From assembly GCF_000092105.1 (NCBI RefSeq), contig NC_014148.1:1560001-1592000 (forward strand): a stretch of DNA of 32,000 bases. Direction: 5' to 3'. Shown here in pieces: positions 15,832 to 28,267 of this stretch. Position 1 is the stretch's first letter, and every line of letters begins with the position of its first letter. This DNA comes from Planctopirus limnophila DSM 3776 (GTDB taxonomy: Bacteria > Planctomycetota > Planctomycetia > Planctomycetales > Planctomycetaceae). The position numbers and the translations under genes are program-made. The notes beneath the pieces were generated by a model. That model did no database searches and was not told where the DNA came from. It was given only the letters and a program-made list of their open reading frames with translations.

Positions 15832-16157
15832 CCAGGTCGTATTTTTATGAACTCACTGGTGACTTTGAAGATGACATGCACAATCCACTGAAGGGGATTC
15901 ACACAAGATCCTCAACGGTTAGGGCGTTCTGCGAGTTTTAGCGGTAAACTGAAGTGAGCCTGAATTCTGATTTTCAATGAATTTCAGTCTGTAAGACGCA
16001 ATAAACTGGTCGAGTACCCCCGGTAGACGTATGCTCTTAGGAGATTGTCTGCCGCGCTAACTTTTGGCAAATTCAGGCGGTCCTCGAAGAAGCTCTGTCT
16101 GTCATCCTGCCCCGCATCCCCCAGTTTGAGTGCTCCTGCATTCAGGAGTGAGTTCTC

Positions 16158-17438
16158 ATGACGATCAACCAAGAATCTGCAAAGCGTGTCGAGTCGGTCA
16201 CTCAAATCGAGCAGCCCGGCGGATCACCTTCCACCACACGCTCTTCGAAGAAGGTATTCTTCGTATTCACCGGTCTGTTTGTGATGGCCTTTCTGGTCTG
16301 GTATCTCAGAGACGACTGGTGGCCCCGCGTGGAGGCATTTGTCGGTCTGAAATCGGAAGTTCAAAAGCCACCGTCCCGCATCATCCCCGTCGGGACAACC
16401 GAAGTTCGCGAACAGAACATCAAACTTTATCTCAATGGATTAGGAACGGTCACGCCATTTAAGACGGTCACAGTCCGGGCGCGAGTCGAGGGTGAACTGA
16501 TTCGAATTGCCTTTACAGAAGGGCAAATGGTTCAGGAAGGCGAACTTCTGGCCGAGCTCGATAAGCGCCCCTTCGAATTGCAGCGAGACCAGGCGATTGG
16601 GCAACTGGCTCGCGACGAAGCGGCACTCGCTTCTGCCCGGCTGACACTTGATCGCTACGAGCAATTGCTGAAAGAAAAAATCATTCCTTTGCAGCAGGTA
16701 CAGGAGCAGCGCGCCATCGTCGATCAGACGATGGGGATCATTCAGTCGGATCAGGCAGCCATTGCCAACGCTGAGTTGCAGATTGCCTATTGCCGCATTA
16801 CTGCACCTGTCTCAGGGCGTATTGGGTTGCGCTTGGTCGATTTGGGAAACATCGTCCGCGCGAATGATCCGACTGGGATTGCAGTCATCAATCAGGTGCG
16901 GCCCATTACGATTGTCTTCACTGTCTCACAAGATGAAATCCCACGCATTCAACAGAGGATTCGCGAGCAGAAATCACTTGAAGTTCTCGCTTACGACCGA
17001 GACTTTTCCAATCTGCTGGCGAGAGGGGAGTTGCTGGCGGCCGACAACCAGGTGGACTCTGCCACCGGGACATTAAGGCTCAAAGCCATTGTGGAAGACG
17101 ATGCCGACCAGTTGTTTCCCAATCAGTTTGTGAATACTCGTCTTCTGATCGATGAGCGGATCGGTGCCATCACCGTGGCTTCAGCAGCCATTCAACAGGG
17201 ACCCGAGGGTTCGTTTGTGTATGTGGTGAATGCCGATCAGAAGGTCGATTTCCGACCGATTCAGACCGGGCCATCTGAAGGGAATCAAACGATTGTCGAG
17301 TCAGGTCTGAAAGTCGGTGAGATCGTGGTGATCGAGGGAATCGATAAGCTCAAACCGGGAGCACAAATCACTCTTCGCGATCAACCGGCAGGTCGCAAGG
17401 AAAAGTCCAGCGATGTCACGCCGCCTGCAGCCAGATAG
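16158..17438 (+). CDS. mdtA: RND efflux periplasmic adaptor (membrane fusion protein), MdtA-like
   Basis: N-terminal TM helix (VFFVFTGLFVMAFLVWYL). HlyD/MFP-type lipoyl and barrel segments (GELLAELD, ITAPVSGRIGLRLVDLGNIV). First gene of a three-gene RND operon. aggag lies upstream of the ATG. Confidence 0.9.
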   Translation: MTINQESAKRVESVTQIEQPGGSPSTTRSSKKVFFVFTGLFVMAFLVWYLRDDWWPRVEAFVGLKSEVQKPPSRIIPVGTTEVREQNIKLYLNGLGTVTPFKTVTVRARVEGELIRIAFTEGQMVQEGELLAELDKRPFELQRDQAIGQLARDEAALASARLTLDRYEQLLKEKIIPLQQVQEQRAIVDQTMGIIQSDQAAIANAELQIAYCRITAPVSGRIGLRLVDLGNIVRANDPTGIAVINQVRPITIVFTVSQDEIPRIQQRIREQKSLEVLAYDRDFSNLLARGELLAADNQVDSATGTLRLKAIVEDDADQLFPNQFVNTRLLIDERIGAITVASAAIQQGPEGSFVYVVNADQKVDFRPIQTGPSEGNQTIVESGLKVGEIVVIEGIDKLKPGAQITLRDQPAGRKEKSSDVTPPAAR

Positions 17439-17584
17439 GTCTTTTCAACGGGGTGCCGGGCATTGATGAGTGAGTCATCAAGTGGCTTTGCCAAAGCAGA
17501 CCTCTCGATGCCGCCTGAAGTCCCGATCAACGGAATCACTTGTTTTTGTACATTGCTTGGGACTGGTGAGGATCGAAAATCGAA

Positions 17585-20500
17585 ATGGATCTTTCAAGGA
17601 TTTTCATTCTCAGGCCCGTCGCCACTGTCCTGCTGATGGTTGCGATTCTCCTCTCGGGAATGATCGCTTATCGGTTGTTACCCGTCTCAGCATTGCCACA
17701 GGTCGATTATCCCACGATTCAAGTGGTGACATTCTATCCGGGTGCCAGTGCCCATGTGATGGCGTCATCCGTGACCGCACCCTTGGAACGGCAGTTCGGG
17801 CAGGTGCCAGGCCTGCAGCAGATGACATCGACCAGTTCCGACGGCAGTTCTGTCATTACATTACAATTTGAACTGGAACTCGATATCGATGTCGCTGCTC
17901 AGCAGATCCAGTCTTCGATTAACGTCGCTTCGACATTTCTTCCCCGAGATCTCCCGAATCCGCCGATCTACACCAAAACCAATCCCGCCGATGCCCCGGT
18001 ACTCACCTTAGCCCTGACATCGCAGACATTACCTTTGTCGAAAGTGCAGGATCTGGCCGATACCCGCCTGGCACAAAAGATTTCTCAACTCAGTGGCGTG
18101 GGGCTTGTCAGTCTCAGTGGTGGCCAAAAGCCAGCTGTGCGAATTCAGGCCAATCCTGCAGCCCTTTCTCATCTGGGCTTAAGTCTGGATGACATTCGTA
18201 ATGTCGTGGCGGGCGCCAACGTCAACCAGGCCAAAGGAAGTTTTGATGGCCCGAAGCAGGCCTTTACCATTGGAGCGAACGATCAGATTTACGCCGCCAG
18301 CCAATACGCAGATTTGATTGTGGCCTATCGCAATGGTGCGCCGGTCTTACTCTCGGAAGTTGCTCGGGTGATCGATGGTGTGGAAAACGAACGACTGGCC
18401 GCCTGGTTGAATACGACCCCCGCAGTACTGGTGAACATTCAGAGACAGCCCGGTGCGAATACGATTGAAGTGGTGGACAGGATTCGTGACCTGCTTCCAC
18501 AACTGAAAGAATCACTCCCGTCAGCGATTGATATCCACATCCTGACAGACCGTTCGCAGACGGTACGTGAATCGGTTGAAGCTGTCCATTTTGAACTGCT
18601 CCTGACCATTGCACTCGTGGTGCTGGTGATCTTTTTGTTCCTTAGAAATCTTCGCGCCACGTTCATTCCCAGTGTCGCCGTTCCCCTCTCTTTAGTGGGG
18701 ACCTTTGGCGTGATGTATCTGTTGGGCTTCAGCCTAAATAATCTCACGCTCATGGCGCTGACGATCTCGACAGGCTTTGTTGTCGATGATGCCATCGTGA
18801 TGATCGAAAATATCATCCGCTACCTTGAGGAAGGAGATTCCCCCTTGGAGGCGTCCCTCAAAGGTGCCCGCCAGATTGGCTTTACGATCATCTCCTTGAG
18901 TGTGTCTCTGATTGCAGTGCTGATTCCACTATTGTTTATGGGAGATATCGTCGGACGACTCTTCCGTGAGTTTGCCGTGACGCTCAGTGTGACAATCCTC
19001 GTCTCGGCAGTGGTCTCTTTAACGCTCACTCCGATGATGTGTGCCCGCCTGCTCAAAGAAACTCATCAGGCTCAGCAGAGTTGGCTCTATCGCCAGTCGG
19101 AAGCATTTTTTGAGTGGATTATTGCCCGCTACGGCGATTCACTCAAAGTGGTTCTCAGGCATCAACTGGCCACAATGCTGGTGTTTGCGGCCACCGTCGT
19201 CGCCACGATCTACCTCTACATGATTGTGCCGAAGGGCTTTTTCCCGGTGCAGGATACAGGAGTGCTCCTGGGGATTTCAGAAGCTTCGCAAAGTATTTCG
19301 TTTGAGGCAATGTCCCAGAGACAGCTCGAACTCAATCGTGCGATACTGGAAGATGAAGATGTCGCCAGTCTCTCCAGCTTTATTGGTATTGATGGTACGA
19401 ACACCACGGTCAATAGTGGCCGAATTCAGATCAATCTCAAACCACTCGAAGAGCGCCACGCCAGTGCCAGTGAGATTCTCAGTCGGATTCAGCAACGAGT
19501 CGATAGCATTCCGGAAATTCAACTTTATTTACAGCCCGTTCAGGATTTAACAGTCGAGACGAAATTAAGCCGGACTCAATACCAGTACAGTTTGGAATGC
19601 CCCAATACCAAAGATCTGGAAGAATGGGCACCTCGATTTGTGGAGCGACTCCGAGAGCTGCCTGAACTCCGGGATGTCGCCAGTGATCAGCTCAATCGGG
19701 GATTGCAACTGAGAGTCCGAATCGATCGTGATATTGCCTCGCGATTGGGAGTTACTCCGTTCATGATCGATGAGGCTCTCTATAATGCCTATGGCCAGAG
19801 GCAGATCTCGATCATGTTTACAGAGCTGAACCAGTACCGCGTGATCCTGGAGGTTCTTCCCGAATTCCGCAACTCGCCGAAAGATCTCAGTGAGATCTAC
19901 ATCCAGCCTCCGGGCGGCCAGCCGATCCCATTGAACACTTTTGCCACTCTGGAAGATTCGAATACAGCCTTAACGGTCAACCATCAAGGGCAGTTTCCGG
20001 TTGTGACGGTTTCGTTCAATCTGGCTCCGCAAGTCTCTTTAGGAGCGGCGGTCGCAGCGATTGACCGCGTCCACGAGGAACTGGATATGCCGGCAGGTAT
20101 CGTCGGTGGATTCCAAGGAACAGCCGAGGCCTTTACGGCTTCACTGCGCAGTACTCCATGGCTGATACTGGCAGCCTTAGTGACGGTCTATATCGTCCTG
20201 GGAGTCCTCTATGAAAGTTTTATCCATCCATTGACCATTCTTTCGACACTCCCTTCCGCTGGAGTGGGAGCACTGGCTGCCATGCTGCTCTGCCGGGTCG
20301 ATCTCAGTGTGATTGGTCTCATTGGGATTATTCTGCTGATCGGCATCGTGAAAAAGAATGCGATCATGATGATCGATTTTGCGATTGATGCGCAGCGGGT
20401 TGATCGTAAGTCGGCAGAAGAAGCGATTTTTGAAGCCTGTCTGTTACGCTTCCGTCCGATCATGATGACGACCATGGCGGCACTGCTGGGCGCAGTCCCT

Positions 20501-20740
20501 TTAGCCATAGGTCATGGTTCTGGCTCAGAACTCCGCAGCCCGCTGGGGATCACGATTATCGGCGGACTGATTGTCAGTCAGTTGCTCACTCTCTATACGA
20601 CACCCGTGATCTTCTTGTGGTTTGAACACCTCGGCGAACGATTGGGATTCTCGGCTTCTCGTGCAGAAATTCTGCAACAAGAGCTCGATCGAGATGACCA
20701 TGAGAGTGGTTTTGTCGCTCTTTCCGGAGAGCGTGCATGA
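17585..20740 (+). CDS. mdtB: RND multidrug efflux permease, MdtB-like
   Basis: 1051 aa. The N-terminus [51 protein letters not shown] is closely colinear with E. coli MdtB as recalled. AcrB-family motifs are present ([27 protein letters not shown]). Confidence 0.92.
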   Translation: MDLSRIFILRPVATVLLMVAILLSGMIAYRLLPVSALPQVDYPTIQVVTFYPGASAHVMASSVTAPLERQFGQVPGLQQMTSTSSDGSSVITLQFELELDIDVAAQQIQSSINVASTFLPRDLPNPPIYTKTNPADAPVLTLALTSQTLPLSKVQDLADTRLAQKISQLSGVGLVSLSGGQKPAVRIQANPAALSHLGLSLDDIRNVVAGANVNQAKGSFDGPKQAFTIGANDQIYAASQYADLIVAYRNGAPVLLSEVARVIDGVENERLAAWLNTTPAVLVNIQRQPGANTIEVVDRIRDLLPQLKESLPSAIDIHILTDRSQTVRESVEAVHFELLLTIALVVLVIFLFLRNLRATFIPSVAVPLSLVGTFGVMYLLGFSLNNLTLMALTISTGFVVDDAIVMIENIIRYLEEGDSPLEASLKGARQIGFTIISLSVSLIAVLIPLLFMGDIVGRLFREFAVTLSVTILVSAVVSLTLTPMMCARLLKETHQAQQSWLYRQSEAFFEWIIARYGDSLKVVLRHQLATMLVFAATVVATIYLYMIVPKGFFPVQDTGVLLGISEASQSISFEAMSQRQLELNRAILEDEDVASLSSFIGIDGTNTTVNSGRIQINLKPLEERHASASEILSRIQQRVDSIPEIQLYLQPVQDLTVETKLSRTQYQYSLECPNTKDLEEWAPRFVERLRELPELRDVASDQLNRGLQLRVRIDRDIASRLGVTPFMIDEALYNAYGQRQISIMFTELNQYRVILEVLPEFRNSPKDLSEIYIQPPGGQPIPLNTFATLEDSNTALTVNHQGQFPVVTVSFNLAPQVSLGAAVAAIDRVHEELDMPAGIVGGFQGTAEAFTASLRSTPWLILAALVTVYIVLGVLYESFIHPLTILSTLPSAGVGALAAMLLCRVDLSVIGLIGIILLIGIVKKNAIMMIDFAIDAQRVDRKSAEEAIFEACLLRFRPIMMTTMAALLGAVPLAIGHGSGSELRSPLGITIIGGLIVSQLLTLYTTPVIFLWFEHLGERLGFSASRAEILQQELDRDDHESGFVALSGERA

Positions 20741-23700
20741 ATCTTTCGACACCATTTATCTTACGGCCCGTCGGTACGACGCTGCTCACGATGGCAATCA
20801 TGCTGGCGGGTGCGCTCAGCTATTCTTTTTTACCGGTCGCACCTTTACCCCAGATTGATTTTCCCACGATTTCGGTAAGTGCCAATCTGCCGGGAGCCAG
20901 CCCTCAGACGATGGCATCGGCTGTGGCGACACCTCTCGAGCGACAGTTTGGGCGAATCGCTGGTGTTACAGAGATGACATCCAATAGTTCGCTGGGAAAC
21001 ACATCGATCACGTTGCAGTTCGATCTGGATCGCAATATCGATGCAGCGTCCCGTGATGTTCAGGCAGCGATCAACGCTGCCAGAGGCCAGCTTCCCACGA
21101 ATCTACCGAATAACCCATCGTATCGAAAAGTGAATCCTGCCGATGCCCCGATCATGGGAATCAGTATTGTTTCTAATACTTACACACAAGCACAAATGTA
21201 CGATGCGGCTGCAACGATTCTGCAGCAGAAATTGTCGCAGGTGCGCGGAGTGGGGCAGATCATTATTGGCGGTGGTTCGGCACCGGCAGTGCGTGTTGAC
21301 GTGAATCCAGCACTGCTGAATCATCTTGGCCTCGGATTACAAGATGTTCGCGAAGTGTTGGGTAATGCAAATGCCAACCGACCCAAGGGATTGATCGACG
21401 ATGGTCAGAAAGCGTGGTCGTTAGATGCCACAGATCAGCTCTATCAGGCGGAAGAATATGCCTCTTTGATACTTTATCAACAGGATGGGGCAATTGTTCG
21501 ACTGCGGGATGTCGCCCGTGTGACTGATTCTGTCGAAAACAGCCGGTCCTACGGCATCAGCAACGGAGTTCGTTCGGTTTCCCTGCTCATCTTCCGACAG
21601 CCCGGTGCGAATATCATCGAAATTGTCGACAAGATCAACGCGATGCTGCCTCAGTTAGATGCTCAGATTCCGGCTGAAATGGAATTGAGAGTCACGATGG
21701 ATCGAACGGCCACGATTCGGGCATCACTGGAAGATGTGCAGTTTACTTTAATGTTGTCAGTGGGCCTGGTGATTCTCGTCGTGTTTTTCTTTCTCAGAGA
21801 TCTCCGGGCGACGATTATCCCTTCGGTAGCGGTCCCTGTCTCACTGGTGGCAACTTTTGGGGCCATGTATTTACTCAATTACAGTCTTGATAATCTCTCG
21901 CTGATGGCACTGACCATTGCCACGGGATTTGTGGTCGATGATGCGATTGTGGTCATCGAAAATATCTCTCGCCATCTGGAAGAGGGTATGTCGCCCATGG
22001 CGGCTTCGATTCGAGGGGCCCGCGAAATTGGTTTTACCGTTTTGTCGATCAGTATTTCTCTAGTCGCCGTATTCATTCCGATCCTGCTCATGAACGGACT
22101 CGTGGGACGGTTGTTCCGTGAGTTTGCAGTGGTACTCTCCGTGGCGATTGGCGTCTCAATGGTGGTCTCCTTAACGACGACACCCATGATGTGTGCCTGG
22201 ATGCTCAAGCATCGTAAAGTCAAAGATCGCGGCTGGTTTTTTCGCTGGACCGAAGCGATTTTTGATTTATGGATTCGCATGTATGCCTCAAGCTTGCGTG
22301 TCGTCTTGCGGCATCAGTGGATGACACTGATTGTGACCATGGGAACAATTGCCCTGACAGGTTACCTGTATGCCGTGATTCCCAAAGGGTTTTTCCCTCA
22401 GCAGGATACGGGGCGTCTCTCTGCCAATCTTGTGGCAGATCAGGCCACCTCCTTTCGAGCCATGACGGCTCTGCTCGATCAGTTTGCCGCTGTTATTGAA
22501 GACGATCCGGCTGTCGCGACCGTTCAGGCTTCGATTGGAGGAGGTTTTGGTGGCGCCACAAACTCAGCGAGAATCTTTGTGATGCTCAAACCATTGAGTG
22601 AACGAAGAGCGACCCCCGAACAGATCATGGGACGGATTCGTGCAAAAGCCTCGAAGATTCCCGGCGCTGCACTTCTGATGCAGTCCGTGCAGGATCTTCG
22701 GATCGGTGGACGCGGAAGCAGTGCTCAATATCAATACAGCCTCAAGGCAGACAGTATTGAAGAGCTGAATGAATGGACGCCGAAACTTCTCGACCAGATG
22801 CGGCAGATACCGGGCATCGTCGATTTAAATTCTGACCAGCAGAATGGCGGCCTGCAGACCCGGCTGGAGATCGATCGAACAACAGCGGCCCGGTTAGGAG
22901 TTTCGCTTGCGCAGATTGATAACACGCTGTACGACGCCTTTGGTCAGCGGCAGGTTTCAACCATGTACAAATCCCAGAACCAATACCGCGTTGTGATGGA
23001 AGTCGAGCAGGAGTTTGCTGAGAATCCGGATGCGTTGAACGGGCTGTATGTGCAGGGGCCGGAAGGGGCACAAATTCCACTTCAGGCGTTATGCACCATC
23101 ACGAAAACGAACTCATCGCTATCTGCCAATCATTCGGGGCAGTTCCCCTCAGCGACGATTTCATTCAATCTGGCCCAGGGTGTCTCGTTGAGTCAGATTG
23201 TCCCTCAGATCGAGCAGATTTCGGTCAAACTCGGCTTGCCGGAAAATATCCAGGGGAAATTTGCGGGTGCCGCCGAGGCCTTTCAATCGTCGTTAAATAC
23301 TCAACCACTCCTGATTCTGGCGGCGCTGGTTTCAGTCTATTTCGTGCTGGGGATTCTCTATGAAAGCTACATCCATCCGTTGACCATTCTGTCAACTTTG
23401 CCTTCAGCGGGAGTCGGCGCCTTACTGGCCTTGCTGTTATGTGGTTATGAACTGAATGTCATGTCGCTGATCGGGATTCTGCTTTTGATCGGGATCGTGA
23501 AAAAGAACGCCATCATGATGATCGACTTTGCCATTGAAGCTGAACGCACCGCAGGGAAATCACCGGAAGAAGCGATCTTTGAAGCCTGTCTCATGCGGTT
23601 TCGTCCTATCACCATGACGACGATGGCCGCACTTTTTGCGGGCTTGCCATTAGCTGTGGGTTCTGGCAACGGAGCCGAGATCCGCCAGCCACTGGGGATT

Positions 23701-23868
23701 GCCATTGTGGGCGGCTTGATCTTCAGCCAGGTCTTAACCTTGTATACAACACCTGTGGTGTACCTGTTTCTTGACCGAGTTCGCCTTCGATTCGGAAGTA
23801 AAGCCGATTCGAGATTAGCAATTTCCCATCAGGAGTCATCGAGGGAGGGACTGGCAACTTCCGTTTGA
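20737..23868 (+). CDS. mdtC: RND multidrug efflux permease, MdtC-like (second paralogous pump subunit)
   Basis: 1043 aa AcrB-family paralog. Its ATG overlaps the mdtB stop (ATGA). The tandem arrangement of two permeases after one adaptor matches mdtABC. Confidence 0.9.
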   Translation: MNLSTPFILRPVGTTLLTMAIMLAGALSYSFLPVAPLPQIDFPTISVSANLPGASPQTMASAVATPLERQFGRIAGVTEMTSNSSLGNTSITLQFDLDRNIDAASRDVQAAINAARGQLPTNLPNNPSYRKVNPADAPIMGISIVSNTYTQAQMYDAAATILQQKLSQVRGVGQIIIGGGSAPAVRVDVNPALLNHLGLGLQDVREVLGNANANRPKGLIDDGQKAWSLDATDQLYQAEEYASLILYQQDGAIVRLRDVARVTDSVENSRSYGISNGVRSVSLLIFRQPGANIIEIVDKINAMLPQLDAQIPAEMELRVTMDRTATIRASLEDVQFTLMLSVGLVILVVFFFLRDLRATIIPSVAVPVSLVATFGAMYLLNYSLDNLSLMALTIATGFVVDDAIVVIENISRHLEEGMSPMAASIRGAREIGFTVLSISISLVAVFIPILLMNGLVGRLFREFAVVLSVAIGVSMVVSLTTTPMMCAWMLKHRKVKDRGWFFRWTEAIFDLWIRMYASSLRVVLRHQWMTLIVTMGTIALTGYLYAVIPKGFFPQQDTGRLSANLVADQATSFRAMTALLDQFAAVIEDDPAVATVQASIGGGFGGATNSARIFVMLKPLSERRATPEQIMGRIRAKASKIPGAALLMQSVQDLRIGGRGSSAQYQYSLKADSIEELNEWTPKLLDQMRQIPGIVDLNSDQQNGGLQTRLEIDRTTAARLGVSLAQIDNTLYDAFGQRQVSTMYKSQNQYRVVMEVEQEFAENPDALNGLYVQGPEGAQIPLQALCTITKTNSSLSANHSGQFPSATISFNLAQGVSLSQIVPQIEQISVKLGLPENIQGKFAGAAEAFQSSLNTQPLLILAALVSVYFVLGILYESYIHPLTILSTLPSAGVGALLALLLCGYELNVMSLIGILLLIGIVKKNAIMMIDFAIEAERTAGKSPEEAIFEACLMRFRPITMTTMAALFAGLPLAVGSGNGAEIRQPLGIAIVGGLIFSQVLTLYTTPVVYLFLDRVRLRFGSKADSRLAISHQESSREGLATSV

Positions 23869-24058
23869 CGAGACTTTTGAGGTGCCAATCTGTGGTGCGT
23901 TGTTTCTTCCGGTGGTCGACTGGTTGAACAGGTCCTGATGGCCAGTAGTCCGGAGCCAGTTTCCCGGTTATACTGAGATTGTTGCAGACTTCTTTGGGCC
24001 CATCGAGAGAGTGTCTTACTGAACCCTTTCTGAATCGCTTTGTGGAAGAGTCGTTCTC

Positions 24059-24955
24059 GTGATGGACTTTCTAAAAAAACTGTTCCAAAGCAAACCCCGT
24101 GTTCAGAAGGTCGATATCGGCCGTCGTTTTGAACTCTACGGGCGTGTCGGTCAGGGGAGTATGTCCAAAGTCTGGAAAGCGCGGGATTCCAAACTCGGCA
24201 AGATTGTGGCCCTGAAAGTCCTCGACATCGACAAGACCAACCGGTTGGAGGCTCGATTTAAGGGGCTCAAAAAACCATCCGAAGGTGAGATTGCCATCAC
24301 CCTCAAACATCCCCATATTGTCAAGACGTTTGAGCACGGGGTGACGACCAAAAACGAGGCTTATCTCGTGATGGAGTTTGTCGAAGGGGTCGCTCTGAGT
24401 TTTCTGATCAGTGCTCAGAACGAAGTCATGAAAAAGCACTGCTTGCGAATGACCATCGAATTGGGAGAGGCGATCAATTATTTCCATCGGCAGAACTGGA
24501 TCCATCGCGATATCTGTCCACGAAATATCCTGCTCGATGAAAATCACCGCATCAAGTTGATCGACTTTGGACTGGTGGTTCCCAATACACCGCATTTTCA
24601 GGCTCCTGGTAATCGCACAGGCACTGCGAACTACATGGCACCTGAACTGATCCGCCGGCAACGGACAGATCAGCGGATTGATGTTTTCTCGTATGCCGTC
24701 ACTTGCTTTGAAATGTTTGCCGGCCAGTTACCCTGGGAATCTGGGCAGACACTCGAATCGATTCTTTCCCATTTAAATTCGCCACCAGCCGATCTCAAAA
24801 CCTATTGCCCCGATCTTGATGATCGAATTGTTCAGGCCGTCATGAAGGGATTGGCTATCCAGACGAATGATCGCTGGCAGAGGATCAGCGAAATGATTGA
24901 GGTTCTAAGATCTGTGCATCAGGAGCAGAGTGCCAAAGATCCAGCGAACTCATGA
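24059..24955 (+). CDS. Serine/threonine protein kinase, catalytic domain only (298 aa)
   Basis: Hanks motifs: GQGSMSKVWKA...VALKV (Gly loop and Lys), HRDICPRNILL (catalytic loop), DFG, and YMAPE. Start is GTG 24059 or ATG 24062. Confidence 0.88.
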   Translation: MMDFLKKLFQSKPRVQKVDIGRRFELYGRVGQGSMSKVWKARDSKLGKIVALKVLDIDKTNRLEARFKGLKKPSEGEIAITLKHPHIVKTFEHGVTTKNEAYLVMEFVEGVALSFLISAQNEVMKKHCLRMTIELGEAINYFHRQNWIHRDICPRNILLDENHRIKLIDFGLVVPNTPHFQAPGNRTGTANYMAPELIRRQRTDQRIDVFSYAVTCFEMFAGQLPWESGQTLESILSHLNSPPADLKTYCPDLDDRIVQAVMKGLAIQTNDRWQRISEMIEVLRSVHQEQSAKDPANS

Positions 24956-24998
24956 ACGGTATCCATCAGCTTTCAAAGCAGTGGGCCTTCTGATTATG

Positions 24999-25046
24999 CT
25001 GACCACAAACCTCGGCGTCTGACGAGGCCGTCTTGAGTGTGGTCAG
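24999..25046 (+). terminator. Nested stem-loop between the kinase gene and uvrD (possible terminator)
   Basis: Outer 9-bp stem ctgaccaca/tgtggtcag encloses an inner cctcg...cgagg hairpin, followed by gcagtttctc. The loop is long, so this is weak. Confidence 0.3.
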
Positions 25047-25085
25047 GCAGTTTCTCATCAAGTCTTCGATGGATTCCTGGGACTT

Positions 25086-27128
25086 ATGCTGGATATTTCG
25101 CATTTGAATCGCCCACAGCAGGAGGCCGTGCGGACACATCGCGGGCCACTTCTGGTTCTGGCCGGCGCTGGAACTGGCAAGACACGAGTCATTACCTATC
25201 GCATGGCCGATCTCATCGCTGCTGGCGTTGATCCTGAACGAATTCTTTCGGTGACGTTCACCAATAAAGCGGCCCGGGAAATGCTGGATCGAACCTCATT
25301 GCTCTTAGGCCGCACCATGAAAAAGCGGCCCACAATCTCGACGTTTCACAGTTGGTGTGTGGGCATTCTGAGACAGGAAATTGATTCACTGGGATATCCC
25401 AAACAGTTCGTGATTTATGATCGCGGAGATCAGGAGTCAGCGGCACGAAAAGCTCTGCAAGTCCTTAAGATGACCGATACGGCTTTGAAACCTGGAGATC
25501 TTCTCGCCCAGATCAGTCGCTGGAAGATGCAGGGAGTCATGCCCGATCTCGCACAGGAGATTGCCGATTCGGATCATGAACAACTCGCCGGCATGGCTTA
25601 CCGCAGGTACCAACTGGCGCTCAAGGCGGCTGGCGGAGTCGATTTTGATGACCTGCTATTCCTGACATTTCAATTGTTCAAACATCATCCGGAAGCACTT
25701 GAGCGACAGCAGAATCGATTCGACTTTGTGCAGATTGATGAATACCAGGACACGAATGAACTGCAGTTTCGATTGATCGAATCCATCGTGAGGCGGCACC
25801 AGAATCTCTGTGTGGTGGGTGATGATGACCAGTCTATCTACGGCTGGCGCGGTGCCGAGGTGAAGCATATTCTAGGTTTTAAGCAGTCATTTCCTGCTGC
25901 AAAAGTGGTGCGACTGGAAGACAATTATCGCTGCACAGAGTCGATCATTCAGTTGGCCAATCAACTTGTGGCCCATAATCGTGGTCGTCATGAGAAGCGA
26001 TTGATTGCTCATCGGGGGGGAACATCGGTGGTGTTCCGGGAATATCCCGATGAGCAGGCAGAAGCCGAAGGCGTGGTGCGGGATATTGCTTATCTGATTC
26101 ATCAGCTCAATGTTCGCCCCTGCGAAATCGCGATCCTCTTTCGCACCAATGAGCAGCCTCGAATTTTTGAGCATGAACTTCGCCGCAAGCAGATTCATTA
26201 TCGAATTGTCGGTGGACAATCCTTCTTTGATCGCAAGGAAATCAAAGACCTGCAGGCTTATTTGAAAGTGCTTGTGAATCCGCGGGACGATCTTTCGCTA
26301 CTGCGGATTATCAACGTACCTCCGCGCGGGATTGGTGACGCAACCTGCGAGCGATTACTGGCCAGAGCTGTCAAAGAGAAACGTCGATTCTGGGATGTGA
26401 TTCCGGATGCGGCTGCCGCTGGCGAGATTACATCCAAGGCACTCAATAACCTGCGACAGTTTGAAAAGCAGATGTCGGGTTTGAGAGAAGCCTTTAAACA
26501 ACCCGGGGTCAAGTTAAGCGAAACATTCCTGCGGATGGTCGAGACCACTGGTTACGCCCGTGAAATTGAGCGAACCTATAAATCAGCCGAGCAGCAGGAA
26601 ATGAGAAATCTGATTCTGGGTGAATTCGCAAATGCCGTCTCGCAATATGAGGCCCAGTCGAGGTCCCCTTCACTGGAGGGATATCTCGATGAGATCTCTT
26701 TGGGAGGATCTGATTTTGCTGCCCCCGAACGACCCGATGAAAATGCCATTACTCTGATGACTTTGCATAGTGCCAAAGGTCTGGAGTTTGAGCGGGTTTA
26801 TCTTGTGGGGTTGGAAGAGGGGATATTGCCACATAAACGCAGTGTCGATGAAGAGTTTGAAAACCCATCCTCTGTCGAAGAAGAACGGCGGCTCTGTTAC
26901 GTGGGAATTACTCGGGCGAAAGATTTTCTGACAATTACCCGTTCGCAGAGCCGGGTGAAATGGGGCAAGAAACGCGAGACCAAGCCGTCGCGATTTTTGA
27001 AAGAAATGCGAACTGCGATCGAAACCACTGCCGCTCCGGAGGGAGCGGGTATTGATACAGCGGCCCGATCCCGGACAACCGGCGGCGGACGAACCGGCCA
27101 TCCCGCCCCACATGGAGAAATGTTGTGA
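25086..27128 (+). CDS. uvrD: UvrD/PcrA/Rep-family ATP-dependent DNA helicase
   Basis: Motifs LVLAGAGTGKTRVITYR (Walker A), DEYQDTN, VGDDDQSIYGWRGA, LEDNYRCT, TLHSAKGLEFERVYLVG, EEERRLCYVGITRAK. Confidence 0.93.
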   Translation: MLDISHLNRPQQEAVRTHRGPLLVLAGAGTGKTRVITYRMADLIAAGVDPERILSVTFTNKAAREMLDRTSLLLGRTMKKRPTISTFHSWCVGILRQEIDSLGYPKQFVIYDRGDQESAARKALQVLKMTDTALKPGDLLAQISRWKMQGVMPDLAQEIADSDHEQLAGMAYRRYQLALKAAGGVDFDDLLFLTFQLFKHHPEALERQQNRFDFVQIDEYQDTNELQFRLIESIVRRHQNLCVVGDDDQSIYGWRGAEVKHILGFKQSFPAAKVVRLEDNYRCTESIIQLANQLVAHNRGRHEKRLIAHRGGTSVVFREYPDEQAEAEGVVRDIAYLIHQLNVRPCEIAILFRTNEQPRIFEHELRRKQIHYRIVGGQSFFDRKEIKDLQAYLKVLVNPRDDLSLLRIINVPPRGIGDATCERLLARAVKEKRRFWDVIPDAAAAGEITSKALNNLRQFEKQMSGLREAFKQPGVKLSETFLRMVETTGYAREIERTYKSAEQQEMRNLILGEFANAVSQYEAQSRSPSLEGYLDEISLGGSDFAAPERPDENAITLMTLHSAKGLEFERVYLVGLEEGILPHKRSVDEEFENPSSVEEERRLCYVGITRAKDFLTITRSQSRVKWGKKRETKPSRFLKEMRTAIETTAAPEGAGIDTAARSRTTGGGRTGHPAPHGEML

Positions 27129-27820
27129 GCGATCAACTGCCTCTGATTCTGGGGATCGAAACCTCAGGCCGTGAAGGTTCGCTGGCACTTGTTCGAGGGG
27201 ACGAGATTGTCGGTCACCGTCAGCTCGAAACGACGGGCCGCCGGCATGCGCAAACACTCGTGGCTGAGCTGGCACAGATGTGCCGTGAGGCGCAAGTGCA
27301 ACCTCACGAGATCACGGCTGTTAGCGTGAGTATTGGCCCCGGAAGTTTTACGGGACTGAGAGTGGGTTGTACTGTCGCCAAGACCATTTGCTATACGACG
27401 GGAGCGAAACTGTTGGCGGTCGATAGTCTGCTGGCGAGCGCGACCGCCTGGAGTGGCGAACATCGTCAAGTCTGGGCGATTGAAGATGCCCAGCGTGGTG
27501 AATTGTTCGTGGGGCATTACCAGCGAAGTTCAATTGGTTTTTCACGGAGTGATGCCATTCAGATCGTTAAATCGCGGGAATGGCTCGCGGGCCTGACGAC
27601 CACAGATGTGCTGATCGGCCCGGGATTGTCTCGAATTGTGGAGTTATCGACCGCAGCTCAGCGAATCGAAGCCAGCGTGGCAGCTCCTCCCGCGACCACA
27701 ATTGCCCGCCTGGCACAGAAACTCTATGACCAGGCACAGTTTTCAGATCCCTGGACGCTCGAGCCTTTCTACGCAAGGCTCAGTGCTGCAGAAGAAAAGG
27801 CTGCGAAGGCCAGATCTTGA
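27125..27820 (+). CDS. tsaB: tRNA threonylcarbamoyladenosine (t6A) biosynthesis protein TsaB
   Basis: ILGIETSGREGSLAL and IGPGSFTGLRVG (YeaZ/TsaB signature). The GTG start overlaps the uvrD stop (GTGA). Confidence 0.85.
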   Translation: MSDQLPLILGIETSGREGSLALVRGDEIVGHRQLETTGRRHAQTLVAELAQMCREAQVQPHEITAVSVSIGPGSFTGLRVGCTVAKTICYTTGAKLLAVDSLLASATAWSGEHRQVWAIEDAQRGELFVGHYQRSSIGFSRSDAIQIVKSREWLAGLTTTDVLIGPGLSRIVELSTAAQRIEASVAAPPATTIARLAQKLYDQAQFSDPWTLEPFYARLSAAEEKAAKARS

Positions 27821-28267
27821 ATTCTATATTCAGAGAATGATACGCATCCGACGATTCTGCTTTACTTTGTGTGCCATGCTTGCAGCTCTGGGCAAGCATG
27901 CCTTCACGCCGGGGTGGCAGGGGTCGGATGTCTTCATCCGCCACCTGGTCATCACCATTCGCAAGTATGACTGCACCGGTAACGTTCCTTCTCATCATGA
28001 TGACCTTGAACATCAACGCTCAACGAATTGGGGGCAAACGAGGACGTTTGACCCCAGCCACCCGGTCGCAAGAAGAAGAGAACGACTTTCACAACCAGTG
28101 AGTTGTAGCGCCCTGAAGTTCCTTCGACTTGTGAAAAGGGGAAGCAGCAAAAGATTTCCTGATACCCTCATGCGTTTCCTCGTATCCATTTTGAATAGGA
28201 CGCATTATGAAATCGTATTTGAGGTCGTCCGTAGCGATCGGGAACAGCACTCGACAAGGATGGGAAA

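Noticed and set aside
17439-17584. 146-nt spacer between mdtA and mdtB (with track ORF 17470..17871), as a possible extra small gene or regulatory RNA.
   Set aside because: The ORF mostly overlaps mdtB out of frame, and no repeat or stable hairpin was seen in the spacer. Treated as an ordinary intercistronic region.
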